Positions 46,046 through 58,867 are shown, counted from the first letter of the whole stretch. The stretch is DNA of 62,827 nucleotides, filler included, from Nemertoderma westbladi (GCA_032718475.1; 3 parts of 3 records of this genome joined end to end with filler, not necessarily neighbours in it), one strand, 5' to 3'. The notes: generated by a model from the letters alone, not told the origin. Made by a program: numbers and translations.

Positions 46046-46998
46046 CCTGGGCCCGGTTGCATTTGCATATAAGTATGTTTTCATTATAAAGGCTTTTGAG
46101 CAGTAAAGTTCTAGGCCTACCAATTTAATACTGTAGAATTTGTTGAAGTTCATAGGATGCGAATCAGCCAAAGTAAAAAAACTCCATCTCAATCATGGCT
46201 TTATTAAAAGCATTTATTTTTATATACGGTATTAATAAATTTTTTTCGTTAGCGTTTTCGTAGTTTTCCAGCAGAAAACAACTATCATCTTTGGTCCAGT
46301 CGGCAGCCCGGTCTTTTCTTTGGCTTAAAACATTATCATTTAGAATAATTATAATAATTTATTGTATCGTGTGGACTTAAATGCCATACAGTAGTTATAA
46401 ACTGAAATTAGTAAACGAAACGTATACTGTATGAATTGAAGGAATACCACAAACTGAAACTAAATTGCTGAGATGCAAGACGCACTTTTATGGTAAATTA
46501 TTAGATAAGTTGAACTTAGCTAAGGTGGGACCTTAAATATTTTATGCAACCGCACTTTATGAGGCACTTAGTAAAGTATCACCCACCCGAATCTATTTAA
46601 GGTGAATTGTCAGCATTGATTACATTCAATATTTAAGGTGAAGCTTAAAGATAAGGCCGACCTAAAGTATTTAAGGTGCACTTAGTTAAGTAGCGCCTTA
46701 AAACTATAAGGTGGCACTTAAAATTGTGGACCAACTTAAGTTTAAAGGTGGCACTTACTTAAGGACGGATGTTGATATTTAAGGCAACACTTAGAAAAAA
46801 AATAATATGTAATTCTAATAATAAATTATTTATTATTTGAAAGTTATTTTATTTTGGATAAAAAAATCGAAAAATTAAATTGAAATTTTATGCCCTTCTG
46901 TTTCTTTACCCATACAGTAGCCACTTTTACTTATTTTCACATTAATAATTAATAATAATAAGACGTCAGGCCCCAATTCATTTATTTCGGGTATTTAG

Positions 46999-47574
46999 GT
47001 CGACGAATCCGACAAACAACGTCAAATCGCGGCGATGGAAGCGAGAATCTACAAACTGGTGGAGTTGGTTGGAGAACAGCGGAAAGCGACGCGAGAGAAC
47101 GTCCAACGCAAACAGGCGAGAACCGGCCAGGAGCGCGACACCGAGGACGACGCCGATATGATAGAGGAGGAGGATGAGGACGACGAAGAGGAAGTCCCCT
47201 ACAACCCGAAGAACCTGCCACTCGGGTGGGACGGTAAACCCATCCCCTACTGGCTCTACAAACTCCACGGCTTGAATCTCAACTTCTCGTGCGAGATCTG
47301 CGGCAACCAGACCTACCGCGGTCCCAAGGCCTTCCAACGGCACTTCGCCGAGTGGCGTCACGCCCACGGGATGCGCTGTCTCGGGATCCCCAACACCGCC
47401 CATTTCGCGAGCGTCACGCAGATAGAAGACGCTTTGGCGCTGTGGGAGAAACTTAAGAGTCAGAAAACCGTGGAGAGATGGGATCCCGACCAAGAGGAAG
47501 AGTTCGAGGACTCCAGAGGGAATATAATGAACAAGAAGATGTACAAGGATATGGTTAAAGAGGGAATTCTATGA
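46999..47574 (+). CDS. SF3A3: SF3A3 exon 2 (C2H2 matrin-type zinc finger)
   Basis: Acceptor TTTAG at 46998, phase 0. ENVQRKQART, YNPKNLPLGWDGKPIPYWLYKLHGL, CEICGN..YRGPKAFQRHFAEWRHAHGMRCLGIPNT. Confidence 0.95.
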   Translation, partial: VDESDKQRQIAAMEARIYKLVELVGEQRKATRENVQRKQARTGQERDTEDDADMIEEEDEDDEEEVPYNPKNLPLGWDGKPIPYWLYKLHGLNLNFSCEICGNQTYRGPKAFQRHFAEWRHAHGMRCLGIPNTAHFASVTQIEDALALWEKLKSQKTVERWDPDQEEEFEDSRGNIMNKKMYKDMVKEGIL

Positions 47575-48377
47575 GACTCTAAGATATTGCAGAGCATCTG
47601 CAAACATTAGTTACTGCGGTGCAATAAAGTCTATTTATATGATATATTTCCCGTGTGTAAAACTATGTTTTTATTATTTTATTATTACATAAAATGGCTT
47701 CTAGTGTGTAGAGTAGCACTTTGCGGTTTGCTAATCCGATTGGTAGGTCATACGAACGCAACGAGTGCAACGAGTGCGTGGGCGGGGAAACAGGATTCAG
47801 GTTGAGGTGAGCTCTGTCTAACCCATTTAAAGCCTTTGGGTCAAACTGAAAATTTCCCTGGCAAGTGAGGCAGATAGTCCTTAGTAGTCCCCCTACTAAG
47901 GTGATCTTATCTTATGTATACGGGAGAATATTTGTAAAATCCAAATCTTTCGTGACGTGAACTAGTCTTATAGTAAGTTTTGGATCTTCTGTTAACATGT
48001 TTATCAGATGCACACCTGCACGAGTCTTTAAACTACTAATAATATTGTTCTTGAATAACATTATTGCCTTGTTGACATTAAAATGTACAAAATTAATTTA
48101 AGAGAATTCATTTAAATAGTCCCAAGTGAATTAAATAACAACAGTAATTCAGAAATTATTCAAACATTTAACTTAATGTAGAGTTCAGAAGAGACCAACA
48201 TTGTGGAAAATATGAGATGTGAACAATCAAGTTGTAAATATTGATGATCATAATAATAATCAATAATTAAATTAGTAGACAATTTAAATTTAAATAAAAA
48301 CAATAAACCTAAAAGCAATGTGATTAGTTATGTGCCTTATTTCGTATTGGTGCACTATATAGTCCCCCACCACACTA

Positions 48378-48477
48378 NNNNNNNNNNNNNNNNNNNNNNN
48401 NNNNNNNNNNNNNNNNNNNNNTTAATTAATTAANNNNNNNNNNNNNNNNNNNNNNNNNNNNNNNNNNNNNNNNNNNN
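48378..48477. other. Artificial contig-joining spacer (N44-TTAATTAATTAA-N44)
   Basis: Same as 26200-26299. Confidence 0.97.
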
Positions 48478-49064
48478 GATTCTTCGATTTTTCTTAACCC
48501 TTGTAAATTGACACGATATATCGTAAACTATTGTGGTTTTTAAATTAAGTTACTGTAACTGCACAAAATCAATACAGCATGGCCAATTTCATTCTGCAAA
48601 AACCTTTCACTAAAATTTAGAGGGAAATTAATAAGATTTCACCAGCCATAGTATAATTACTGTATAACATTTCGCTGATGGCTCGCAGTTTTGACCCCCC
48701 CCCCCCCCCCCCCATCGTAACAATTAACCACCATCTACAATACTGAAGGATAGCTGTTCACAATACTTGACATTACATATACTGTATATACAAACTTCTG
48801 TACATAAAAACTAAATAATAGAGCTAACACAGTACATATAGGTTTCCCGCCAATGTTTATTTCAAACCCTCCAACCGTTTTGTATCTACCCCCCCCCCCC
48901 CCCCCCCCTCCCCCCATACAAAACATTATTGTTCCAATTCCGAACCGAGTTTGTTTCATCCGCCATACATAGAGAGTATCCTTGTTTCATGGTACTGGGT
49001 ACTGACGCTTTCCAAGTAATCATGGGAAGCGTTTCATAAACAGAGGATGTCAGAAACCAACGGT

Positions 49065-49469
49065 CTACTTTATTTCATTACTTATTCGCGTAACCAACGT
49101 TTGTATCTCTTTAGTTAACGGCCCAACTACCCCGATGTATTTCTCAATTTCTTCCGTTTTTTTGGCTCCTTTTATTATCTCGTCAACTTCCCATATATTA
49201 ATATGATTTATCTGATCGCTTTGGTTTAAATTAATTTTAAGAATCGTGCCCTTTAGATAACCAACCAGTAAATAACTTGAGTCAGGCTGGAAGGCAATCG
49301 ACCAAAACCAGTTCCATTCCCCGCTCGGCCGACCCCTAAACTCCTTTATCTCTCTTCCACCGTCGTCCCCATCGAGCACCCTTATATAAGATACCCCGTC
49401 CAGATACCACCCTCGCACAGCAACCCTCCCACCCTGGGGTTCCCATTTAACCTGCATCCCCCATTTATG
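49065..49469 (-). CDS. Possible terminal exon with a WD40/beta-propeller-like blade
   Basis: WSIAFQPDSSYLLVGYLKGTILKINL. A candidate acceptor TTCTACAG sits just upstream. The rest of the gene is not resolved. Confidence 0.35.
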   Translation of the reverse strand, partial: HKWGMQVKWEPQGGRVAVRGWYLDGVSYIRVLDGDDGGREIKEFRGRPSGEWNWFWSIAFQPDSSYLLVGYLKGTILKINLNQSDQINHINIWEVDEIIKGAKKTEEIEKYIGVVGPLTKEIQTLVTRISNEIK

Positions 49470-50432
49470 CTGTAGAAGACATCTTAATTTGGTGGGTTAA
49501 ACTGCCAAAGGTCTGAAAGCGCGAACAATCAGGGAGACTTCAATTACGTCCATTGACCAAATTGCAGCAAATGAAAATTTATAGAACTCCCCCCATATCA
49601 AAATATCATAATATTGTAAAATAAACTGGCCTCTTTTTTTCAGCCTCTTTAGGTGACCTAGCAGGCCGTACTATATAGAAGGCCATGGTCAGGCAAATAA
49701 TAATAAATACCAATTATTATTTATTTGGTAACCATGACGGCGTGACTTTACAGTCACGCCGTCGGGACATTACATGAATCATAATACACCAATACAATAC
49801 TAAATGTACTGGCCAATACAATACTGTAATTTCTTCTAAAGTGTAAAGTGCTAAATAACTACTCGCTGTTTAATACTAACGGCGTTGAGTAATGTTACAA
49901 TTTTGGAATAAATTAAATTTAACGAAAACCACTTTAAAACATAAATTACATTACTATGAAATGTAAATAAACTCACCTATTTCTCAGCTCCTCAATGTTT
50001 GTAACTTCAGTTACATCGGGGATATAGAAATGAACGTCTCTCTTCCGGTGCATCCTGAATTTCTTTGCGTTCGCGTATATCATTTGCCTGAGTAAGTAGA
50101 GGCATCGTCATGACGACAGTGATTGTTGAAGATATGATAAGAGATTAATTCAGAATAAATTTGGGAAACGGGTCATAGGAATGCCCAATATTCAGTGGTC
50201 AACTGAATATTGGGCAACCTCTTATAGCTGGTCTATTGTAATATATCAAGTAATTACTTTTATGGGCGGAAAGTTGACTGTTTATTGTTTCTACGTGTGT
50301 ACCGGAAGTAGTTATTTAAAGTGAATGTTGAATGTTAGGTACCATCGGGCCATGTCAACACCAATTGTTTTCCATAAGATAATGTTAAATGGCAACTGGC
50401 TTTGAAATTAATACTCCATATCTCAAGAACTT

Positions 50433-50542
50433 GAGGCCTAGTGGTTGTTGTCTCGGCTTCCACCTCGAGGTCCCAGGTTCGAATCCGCCGCCACGCTAAT
50501 GAGACCCAAGTAAGGTCGAAACGCGTACATTGTTTGGAGAGG
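50433..50542 (+). mobile_element. Short tRNA-derived SINE-like element followed by a degenerate minimal-hammerhead-like motif
   Basis: A box GGCCTAGTGG, anticodon-like loop CTTCCAC, B box GGTTCGAATCC and CCA. Then CTAATGA-GACC-CAAGTAA-GGTC-GAAA-CGCG-TA. Confidence 0.6.
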
Positions 50543-50697
50543 TACTACTACTACTACTACTACTAGGTCGAGCGAACTCGGACAGTGGAAATGAGATCTT
50601 TCCAGGCTTCCCGATTCTCCGTAGTTGTCGCAATTTCGTTTCTCCCAAGTTCAGTACCCCTTTCAAGTTGGTCTAAAAATATATGTTATAGCTGGTC
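50543..50697 (-). mobile_element. 3' end fragment of a second RTE-type LINE family
   Basis: The - strand reads FLDQLERGTELGRNEIATTTENREAWKDLISTVRVRST*, followed by a (TAG)n tail. Confidence 0.65.
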
Positions 50698-52811
50698 GTA
50701 AAAAGTACGCATGTGATGTGATTAGTCCTACAATTGCGCTCATGCGATTCGGAATTCGAGGTCAAGACCCCTAGAACAGTTCCTGCCTATAATAAAATGT
50801 ATAAAATTTATTAGTTTATACAAATGGAACGGTCAAATTGTGCATATTGACTAAATTACAGTAGGCCTAAATGAGGGCCCTGCACTCTATTAACATCTAC
50901 ATCGTTTCTAAATCATCAGCCTTCAGTCCTGGACGACTTCGAGGCCTTGCTCGATATACTGTAGCTATAGATCGTCTGTAACATATTATATATATATTAC
51001 GATGGCCTTGATTAAACTAAGATCATTACTAGCCAGAACTTCCACTTCAAAAATTATCCAAGAATACATGTAAAAAAATTGGTGAGGAGTGTCGACATTG
51101 CGAACTACTGTAATACCGAATGTTGTAAGTTGAAAGCTCATGTGTGATCCGTGCTTTATGGATAACCGCTTTTAACCAACCAATCTACTGCACTTACAGT
51201 CTGCTTGTCTTACACTTTGCAACATTGTTTAGCATAAAAAGCCACAAAAATGTTGCTCTTGAAAGGACGCCTCACGCCTGCAACATGTTTGCTGCAATAA
51301 TGTTACATCGTTTGATGTGGACCTTGATGAAGGAATATTTTGTTAACCAGAAATAAGTCTTTCTGAAGTGTTTAAGAACCATTTTCGTTGTTTTTTCATT
51401 ACTATGTGGCGCTCAATTAAACATTTTAATCAATATATTTTCAGAAATGTAAACAGTAGGCCTACCGGTAAACAGTTTGAAATTATGAAGTACGTTTCCT
51501 CCTGTGTAATATAAACCTAATGGCTAGTAACATTACCGCAAACATTTCTCTGAGGTTCGGATGGTTCTGTCCATAGTATTTGGAACGCCTTCTAGTAATA
51601 AATCGTTGCCGTCGCCTTTATCGTAGTCTATTGATAGACCACCGTTGCATTGCTTCAATTGACTGAAATGCTGAGAAATTTAAGTTAAAAACATTGTTAA
51701 AATTCCGGCCCCTGAACTGCTAGAAAAAGTGAAACAAATTGCTGTAGAGTAGGCCTACTGTACGCCCTATATACAGTATATACAGTATATCTCTCTATTT
51801 TACATCTCACTACGATATATAATACCAGTGAAAACACAGTTCTACTTTTTTTCACATGAAATACAAAATACAAAGAACAGTACTTAAAAGTTATAATATA
51901 GAAGGTTACCAGGTCCGGTATGGGGAAGCAACTAACCTGATTCATTGTGGTTCTCCAAATATCCAGTTCGCCTGTTAGAAGAGTAAATTATAAATAAAAT
52001 TAAAAGAAACATAAATATTATAAACTTTATATTATTATATATATATTATTATTAGTTATAATTATCATATATAAAAATAATTAAAGTGTTATAAACAAGG
52101 GAGGGGGGGGGGGGGGGGTAGTGCTTCTAAATCTGATAACGGCTTAGCGAAATCAATTTAGTTATCAAGTTATCATGGAATCATGTTTGCCAATTTGTCC
52201 GCCAAAATGTAAAACAGACAGAACCGAGAAACTAGATTCCACCAAATATTACAACTGAAATCAGGAATGAAACTAGCGATTCAGAAAACCCCCGTAATGA
52301 AAATGTTAGCTTGGTGGTGTGCTTCCTTCGTGCCAGACATAATTAAACAATCGCACCCCAGACAGGCTGTTTTACGTGGGAATGTTTGAACTTTGAACAC
52401 AATTATTTCGGAATGACATTTTTTCACCCGAAAAACACTACTCATCGATCATTAACTGAGTTTTGATATATTTCCTATATGACATGGTGGTTCCAAAAAA
52501 TGTAGTATCCAAATTGAAAATAAATGGAAAATCATGTGATATAGGAGGAACGTTTTTAGTGAAATTTTTAAAATCTCATGCAGGCCGCTGCGATAAAATG
52601 TTTTTCTATGCATTTTTCAACCACATTGTACGGTACCGTAGATGTATACAAATTTAAGAGAGCCACAACAGACATTACATTTTTAGGGCCAGTTTTATGG
52701 TAAAAGCTAATATTTAAATAATTAACTTTCATAAATTATAATTGCCTAGGATAACAACAATGGGTGTTTAAAAGATAAGATAAGAATAATCGAATGTTCA
52801 CAGCCCGTTAA

Positions 52812-53174
52812 CGCCTGTTTACACGTGGCAACTTTTAGAGCAACTTTCTCGGCAACTAGCAACTTTTTTGGAGCAACTTAATTTAATCGCTGTTTACACG
52901 TGGCAACTTTACCAGCAACTTGGCCGGCAACTTTTAGAGCAACTTGGATAGTTTGACTGAAAAATAGTGGGTCATTTGATCTACTAGCTAGTTTTTTATA
53001 ATTTAATTTGATTATCCCGCTTTAATTCGCCAACGCAAATTCCTTTAAGTTGCCGTAAAAGTTGAGCAACTTTTACGGCAACTTTTTTACGTGTTTACAC
53101 GGAGCAACTTGATCGGCAACCTGGGTTGCTCTACACTACAAGTTGCTCTAAAAGTTGCCACGTGTAAACAGGCC
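52812..53174. mobile_element. MITE with ~35-bp TIRs (GCCTGTTTACACGTGGCAACTTTTAGAGCAACTT), TTAA on both flanks, many internal GCAACTT motifs
   Basis: Inverted termini read directly. The TIR resembles PIF/Harbinger types, but the flanks also fit a TTAA TSD, so the superfamily is uncertain. Confidence 0.85.
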
Positions 53175-54764
53175 TTAAAGGTTGAAATTATGAACTCATT
53201 ATTCACTATTAGTTAAATAATTTAGCTGACTTGCTTGATAGCCACACCTACTGCCAGTAATAGACCACAACAAAACATAATGTTTAAATGGAAATAAAGT
53301 AAAACGTGAACGAAGCGAGCAAAATCGTTGTTTAGTATTGCAAATATGAAATGACTTGGTGTTTCTCTGTTAAGGGCTAGTCTTATAGGGACCCTCTGGC
53401 CCGTAGGCCCTTACACAGGCCCTGTAAATTTTAATTGTACGCGTGCGATGAGAAATTTCTGAAAATTTATTATAATAATATTGACATAATAATTTAAATA
53501 TTATATTAATATAATAATATTTGAAAAACTATTTATAAAAAAAATGTCTGGAATAGTAGGGCCTATTTTTGTGGGAGGCCCCCTTGTTGTGGGAGGCCCT
53601 AGGCCGCGGCCTTCTCGGCCTATGCCTAAATCCGGCCCTGACTATAATGTGTGTATAATTAGTACCTGTTTAGTCAGGGTAATTAAAATCCTTTTTCTTA
53701 TAAATTATAGCTATTATGACGATTTGTTCAATATTTTAGATCTTTTATAATTAGTAGTTGTATTCAAAGTGAAATTCTAGATTATCGTAACCATAGTTGG
53801 TCATTAATCATGGAATCATTTGTTTCGGAAAGGGGTAATCTTTAATTCTAAGATCATTGGGAAGTGTCATTCGTTCGACTCTCCACTCCATCCCAGTTGT
53901 AAAAATGTAATTCTCAATTTTATAAAAATTGCAATCAATATCACTATTTTGTGTCTCATATTCACTTTCTATTTAAACGCAATTAATATTTTATTGATAT
54001 TTAATTGTTCTAGTGTAGTTGTTTATTAATTAGTTAATTAGTTTACATAAACTTTATATATTAAATTCGAGCTTTACTTCACGTCGTGGGTTTTTCGTAG
54101 TAAAGTAAAGTGACTAAGACTACTTACTAAGACTTAACTTTCTTGAACGCCTAACTTAATTCAATTAGTAAGGGGAGTGGGGGTTGCCGGGGGTAACCAC
54201 CTCCAATGTACTGTACACTTTACACTTATTACACTGTACACTTATTTGTAGTTTTTAAATTATTTCTCGGACAATTTGATTGAAATGAGCAGAACTTTGG
54301 GGAATAGGTACAGATACAGAATATTGTTGCTTCCAATCCTAACGAGCAATTTCGGTAAAAATTGAACTAGGGCCATACTTTAATTCTAAAAAGGGTCTTA
54401 TAAAGTGCCATTTTAGGGTTTTGGGTCCTTTTTGGTCTATAATGGCCGAAGATAATATTTAGCCCAAGCTGCTCTCTCTCTCTCTCTAGCATTAGAGGCA
54501 ACCACTTCTACTTTCTGTATTAACTTTCTGGTATTTCATATAATATATTCGCCACTAATTGAATGCCACCCCAAATTAGATGATTTAACACCAAAATAAA
54601 TTATTTTCCACAAAATATATTTCTTTGTAGCACCAATTCACATCCCCCAATATTAAATATCCCTCTCACCAAAAACAATTATTCATCCCCCAAAAACAAT
54701 TATTCATCCCACAAAAACAATTATTCGTCCTCCAAAAACAATTATTGATTCCCCAAAAACAATT

Positions 54765-56615
54765 ACGAGAAAAGCATTTCCTAAAGGAAATGCAACCACG
54801 AAGCTAAGGAAAATTAAACAAAGGGCCACAATTTGGTTTGTTGCTTAGCCTAGTTTAGTAGCATTTGCCAATAAATAACTTATATTCCCATGGAAACTAG
54901 AATTCTCTGGAACTGTTGGTTTTACCTTTGAAAAAAGATTCAGTCCAGATTGTGGTTCAACACATACCAAGTTTTGAAAATATTGAGTTTATGTCCAAAT
55001 TACCGATTTTCTATCAAAATGCATCTGTTTGCAGTGGTTGTCATGGAAACTGAAAAATAGAACAATGTAATTCGGATGCAGAATAAGTCATATAGTGGGG
55101 GTAGGTCTTGGTCCCAAGTCATAATACTATTAACTTGTGTTTCAAATTATCATTTTAGAAATTTTAACATCTGTTTAGTCTTGTTGCTATGGTAATTGGA
55201 TTGTGTAATTAACCTCGAATGGATTGTATATGGACCTTACAGATGAGTTGCAAAACCCCAAATTTATATTTATTACATTATTTTGCTACAAATAGAGTTT
55301 TTATTGAATTTAGACTTGAATGATATAGACTTTAATAAACTCCAGTTACCATGGTAACAAGATATTTCTGGAATGTTTTCAGTTTCACTAAAAGTTCCAA
55401 CTAATGGTCCAGATAACACATTCCCAGTTTCGTAAAATTTTATCGCGAAGTCTATGTCCAAATGAATTATTTTAGTATAAAAACATCTGTTTTCAGCGGT
55501 TGTCATGGTAACTGCAAAATTAAACAATGAAATTCGGACGCAGAATAAGTCATATAGTGGGGGATGGGGTTGGTCCCAAGACATAACACCTTAACCTTAG
55601 GCTTCAAATTTTCATGTTTTCAGCGGTTGCCATGGAAAGTGAGAAATAGAACAACGTAATTCGGATGCAGAATAAGTTATATAGAGGGGGTAGGGCTTGG
55701 TCCCATGTCATAATAGCTTTAACTTTTGCTTAAAATTATCATTTTATAAATTTTAACGTCTGTTTAGCCTGGTTGTCATGGTAACAGGATTTTTTAATTT
55801 ACCTCAATCTGCTCGACTATGGCCCTTGTAGTTGAGTTGAGAAACCCCAAGTTTATATCTATTGCGGTTTTTCTACAAATAGAGTTATGAATATAGACCT
55901 GAATGATATAATCTGTAATAAACTCCAGTTACCACGGTAACTAGATATTTCTGGAATGTTTTGAGTTTCACTAAAAGTGCGAACTAGTGGTCCAGATAAC
56001 ACATATCCAGTTTCGTAAAATTTTATCGTGAAGTCTATGTCCAAATGAGTTATTTTCGTATAAAAACATCTGTTTTCAGCGGTTGTCATGGTAACTGCAA
56101 AATTAAACAATGAAATTCGGACGCAGAATAAGTCATATAGTGGGGGTAGGGGTTGGTCCCAAGACATAACACATAAACCTTAGGCTTCAAATTAACATTT
56201 TATAAATTTTAACATCTGTTTAGCCCGGTTGCCAAGGTAACTGGAATTTCTATTTAACCTCAATCGGCTCTGCTATGGACCTTATAGTTGAGTTGAGAAA
56301 TCCCAAGTTTATATGTATTATAGTTTTCCTACAAATAGAGTTATAAATATTGACTTGAAATACATAGACTTTTTTCTAAGTCCGTTGCCATGGAAACCAG
56401 ATTTTTCCTGAATATGAGACCCATCCCACACGACGCGCCTCGATGAGTAGTACATACATGCAAAATTTCAGGGTACTTTTAAAGGCTAGTTTTTTCCCCG
56501 ACCAAAAAACACTAAATCTGCCCCACACAAGTAAAATAGCCCACTATGAATAGACCATCTCAGCTAAGGAAAATCTTTCTTAGCGAAAGTAGTTGATTTT
56601 CCTTAGCTTCGTGGA
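54765..56615 (-). mobile_element. Helentron-associated (HINE/DINE-1-like) non-autonomous element, copy 1
   Basis: On the - strand: 5' subTIR CCACGAAGCTAAGGAAAAT with a nearby partial inverted copy, internal diverged tandem repeats, 3' subTIR, hairpin GCATTTCC-TTTA-GGAAATGC, and end CTCGT. Confidence 0.72.
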
Positions 56616-56789
56616 TTCATCCCCCATAAACAATTATTATTCCCCCAAAAAATAATTATTCATCCCCCAAAAACAATTATTCATCCCCCAAAAACAATTA
56701 TTCTACCCCCAAAAACAATTATTGATTCCCCAAAAATAATTACTTGTCAACCAAAAAATATTATTCCAGCACCAAATATTTTATATTAT

Positions 56790-58645
56790 ACGAGAAAAGC
56801 ATTTCCTAAAGGAAATGCAACCACGAAGCTAAGGAAAATTAAACAAAGGGCCACAATTTGGTTTGTTGCTTAGCCTAGTTTAGTAGCATTTGCCAATAAA
56901 TAACTTATATTCCCATGGAAACTAGAATTCTCTGGAACTGTTGGTTTTACCTTTGAAAAAAGATTCAGTCCAGATTGTGGTTCAACACATACCAAGTTTT
57001 GAAAATATTGAGTTTATGTCCAAATTACCGATTTTCTATCAAAATGCATCTGTTTGCAGTGGTTGTCATGGAAACTGAAAAATAGAACAATGTAATTCGG
57101 ATGCAGAATAAGTCATATAGTGGGGGTAGGTCTTGGTCCCAAGTCATAATACTATTAACTTGTGTTTCAAATTATCATTTTAGAAATTTTAACATCTGTT
57201 TAGTCTTGTTGCTATGGTAATTGGATTGTGTAATTAACCTCGAATGGATTGTATATGGACCTTACAGATGAGTTGCAAAACCCCAAATTTATATTTATTA
57301 CATTATTTTGCTACAAATAGAGTTTTTATTGAATTTAGACTTGAATGATATAGACTTTAATAAACTCCAGTTACCATGGTAACAAGATATTTCTGGAATG
57401 TTTTCAGTTTCACTAAAAGTTCCAACTAATGGTCCAGATAACACATTCCCAGTTTCGTAAAATTTTATCGCGAAGTCTATGTCCAAATGAATTATTTTAG
57501 TATAAAAACATCTGTTTTCAGCGGTTGTCATGGTAACTGCAAAATTAAACAATGAAATTCGGACGCAGAATAAGTCATATAGTGGGGGTAGGGGTTGGTC
57601 CCAAGACATAACACCTTAACCTTAGGCTTCAAATTTTCATGTTTTCAGCGGTTGCCATGGAAAGTGAGAAATACAGTAGAACAACGTAATTCGGATGCAG
57701 AATAAGTTATATAGAGGGGGTAGGGCTTGGTCCCATGTCATAATAGCTTTAACTTTTGCTTAAAATTATCATTTTATAAATTTTAACGTCTGTTTAGCCT
57801 GGTTGTCATGGTAACAGGATTTTTTAATTTACCTCAATCTGCTCGACTATGGCCCTTGTAGTTGAGTTGAGAAACCCCAAGTTTATATCTATTGCGGTTT
57901 TTCTACAAATAGAGTTATGAATATAGACCTGAATGATATAATCTGTAATAAACTCCAGTTACCACGGTAACTAGATATTTCTGGAATGTTTTGAGTTTCA
58001 CTAAAAGTTCGAACTAGTGGTCCAGATAACACATATCCAGTTTCGTAAAATTTTATCGTGAAGTCTATGTCCAAATGAGTTATTTTCGTATAAAAACATC
58101 TGTTTTCAGCGGTTGTCATGGTAACTGCAAAATTAAACAATGAAATTCGGACGCAGAATAAGTCATATAGTGGGGGTAGGGGTTGGTCCCAAGACATAAC
58201 ACATAAACCTTAGGCTTCAAATTAACATTTTTTAAATTTTAACATCTGTTTAGCCCGGTTGCCAAGGTAACTGGAATTTCTATTTAACCTCAATCGGCTC
58301 TGCTATGGACCTTATAGTTGAGTTGAGAAATCCCAAGTTTATATGTATTATAGTTTTCCTACAAATAGAGTTATAAATATTGACTTGAAATACATAGACT
58401 TTTTTCTAAGTCCGTTGCCATGGAAACCAGATTTTTCCTGAATATGAGACCCATCCCACACGACGCGCCTCGATGAGTAGTACATACATGCAAAATTTCA
58501 GGGTACTTTTAAAGGCTAGTTTTTTCCCCGACCAAAAAACACTAAATCTGCCCCACACAAGTAAAATAGCCCACTATGAATAGACCATCTCAGCTAAGGA
58601 AAATCTTTCTTAGCGAAAGTAGTTGATTTTCCTTAGCTTCGTGGA
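56790..58645 (-). mobile_element. HINE/DINE-1-like element, copy 2 (near-identical to copy 1)
   Basis: Differs from copy 1 by a few substitutions and one 5-bp insertion. Confidence 0.72.
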
Positions 58646-58672
58646 TCCTGGTATTCTTCACATGGGCGCATG

Positions 58673-58867
58673 CAGTATTCGTACCGATGTACCTAGTATT
58701 AGGCCTACTTCAGTTTCAGTATCCGTACCGATGTACCTACAGTATTAGGCCTACTTCAGTTTCAGTATCCGTACCGATGTACCTACAGTATTAGGCCTAC
58801 TTCAGTTTCAGTATCCGTACCGATGTACCTACAGTATTATGCCTACTTCAGTTTCAGTATTCGTACC
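58673..58867. repeat. 46-bp tandem repeat, about 4.3 copies (CAGTATCCGTACCGATGTACCTACAGTATTAGGCCTACTTCAGTTT)
   Basis: Direct reading; period 46 (58717, 58763, 58809). Confidence 0.92.

Noticed and set aside
55273-58197. Four similar ~103-aa ORFs (MSWDQP...)
   Set aside because: They arise from the internal repeats of the duplicated HINE-like elements and show no protein motifs.
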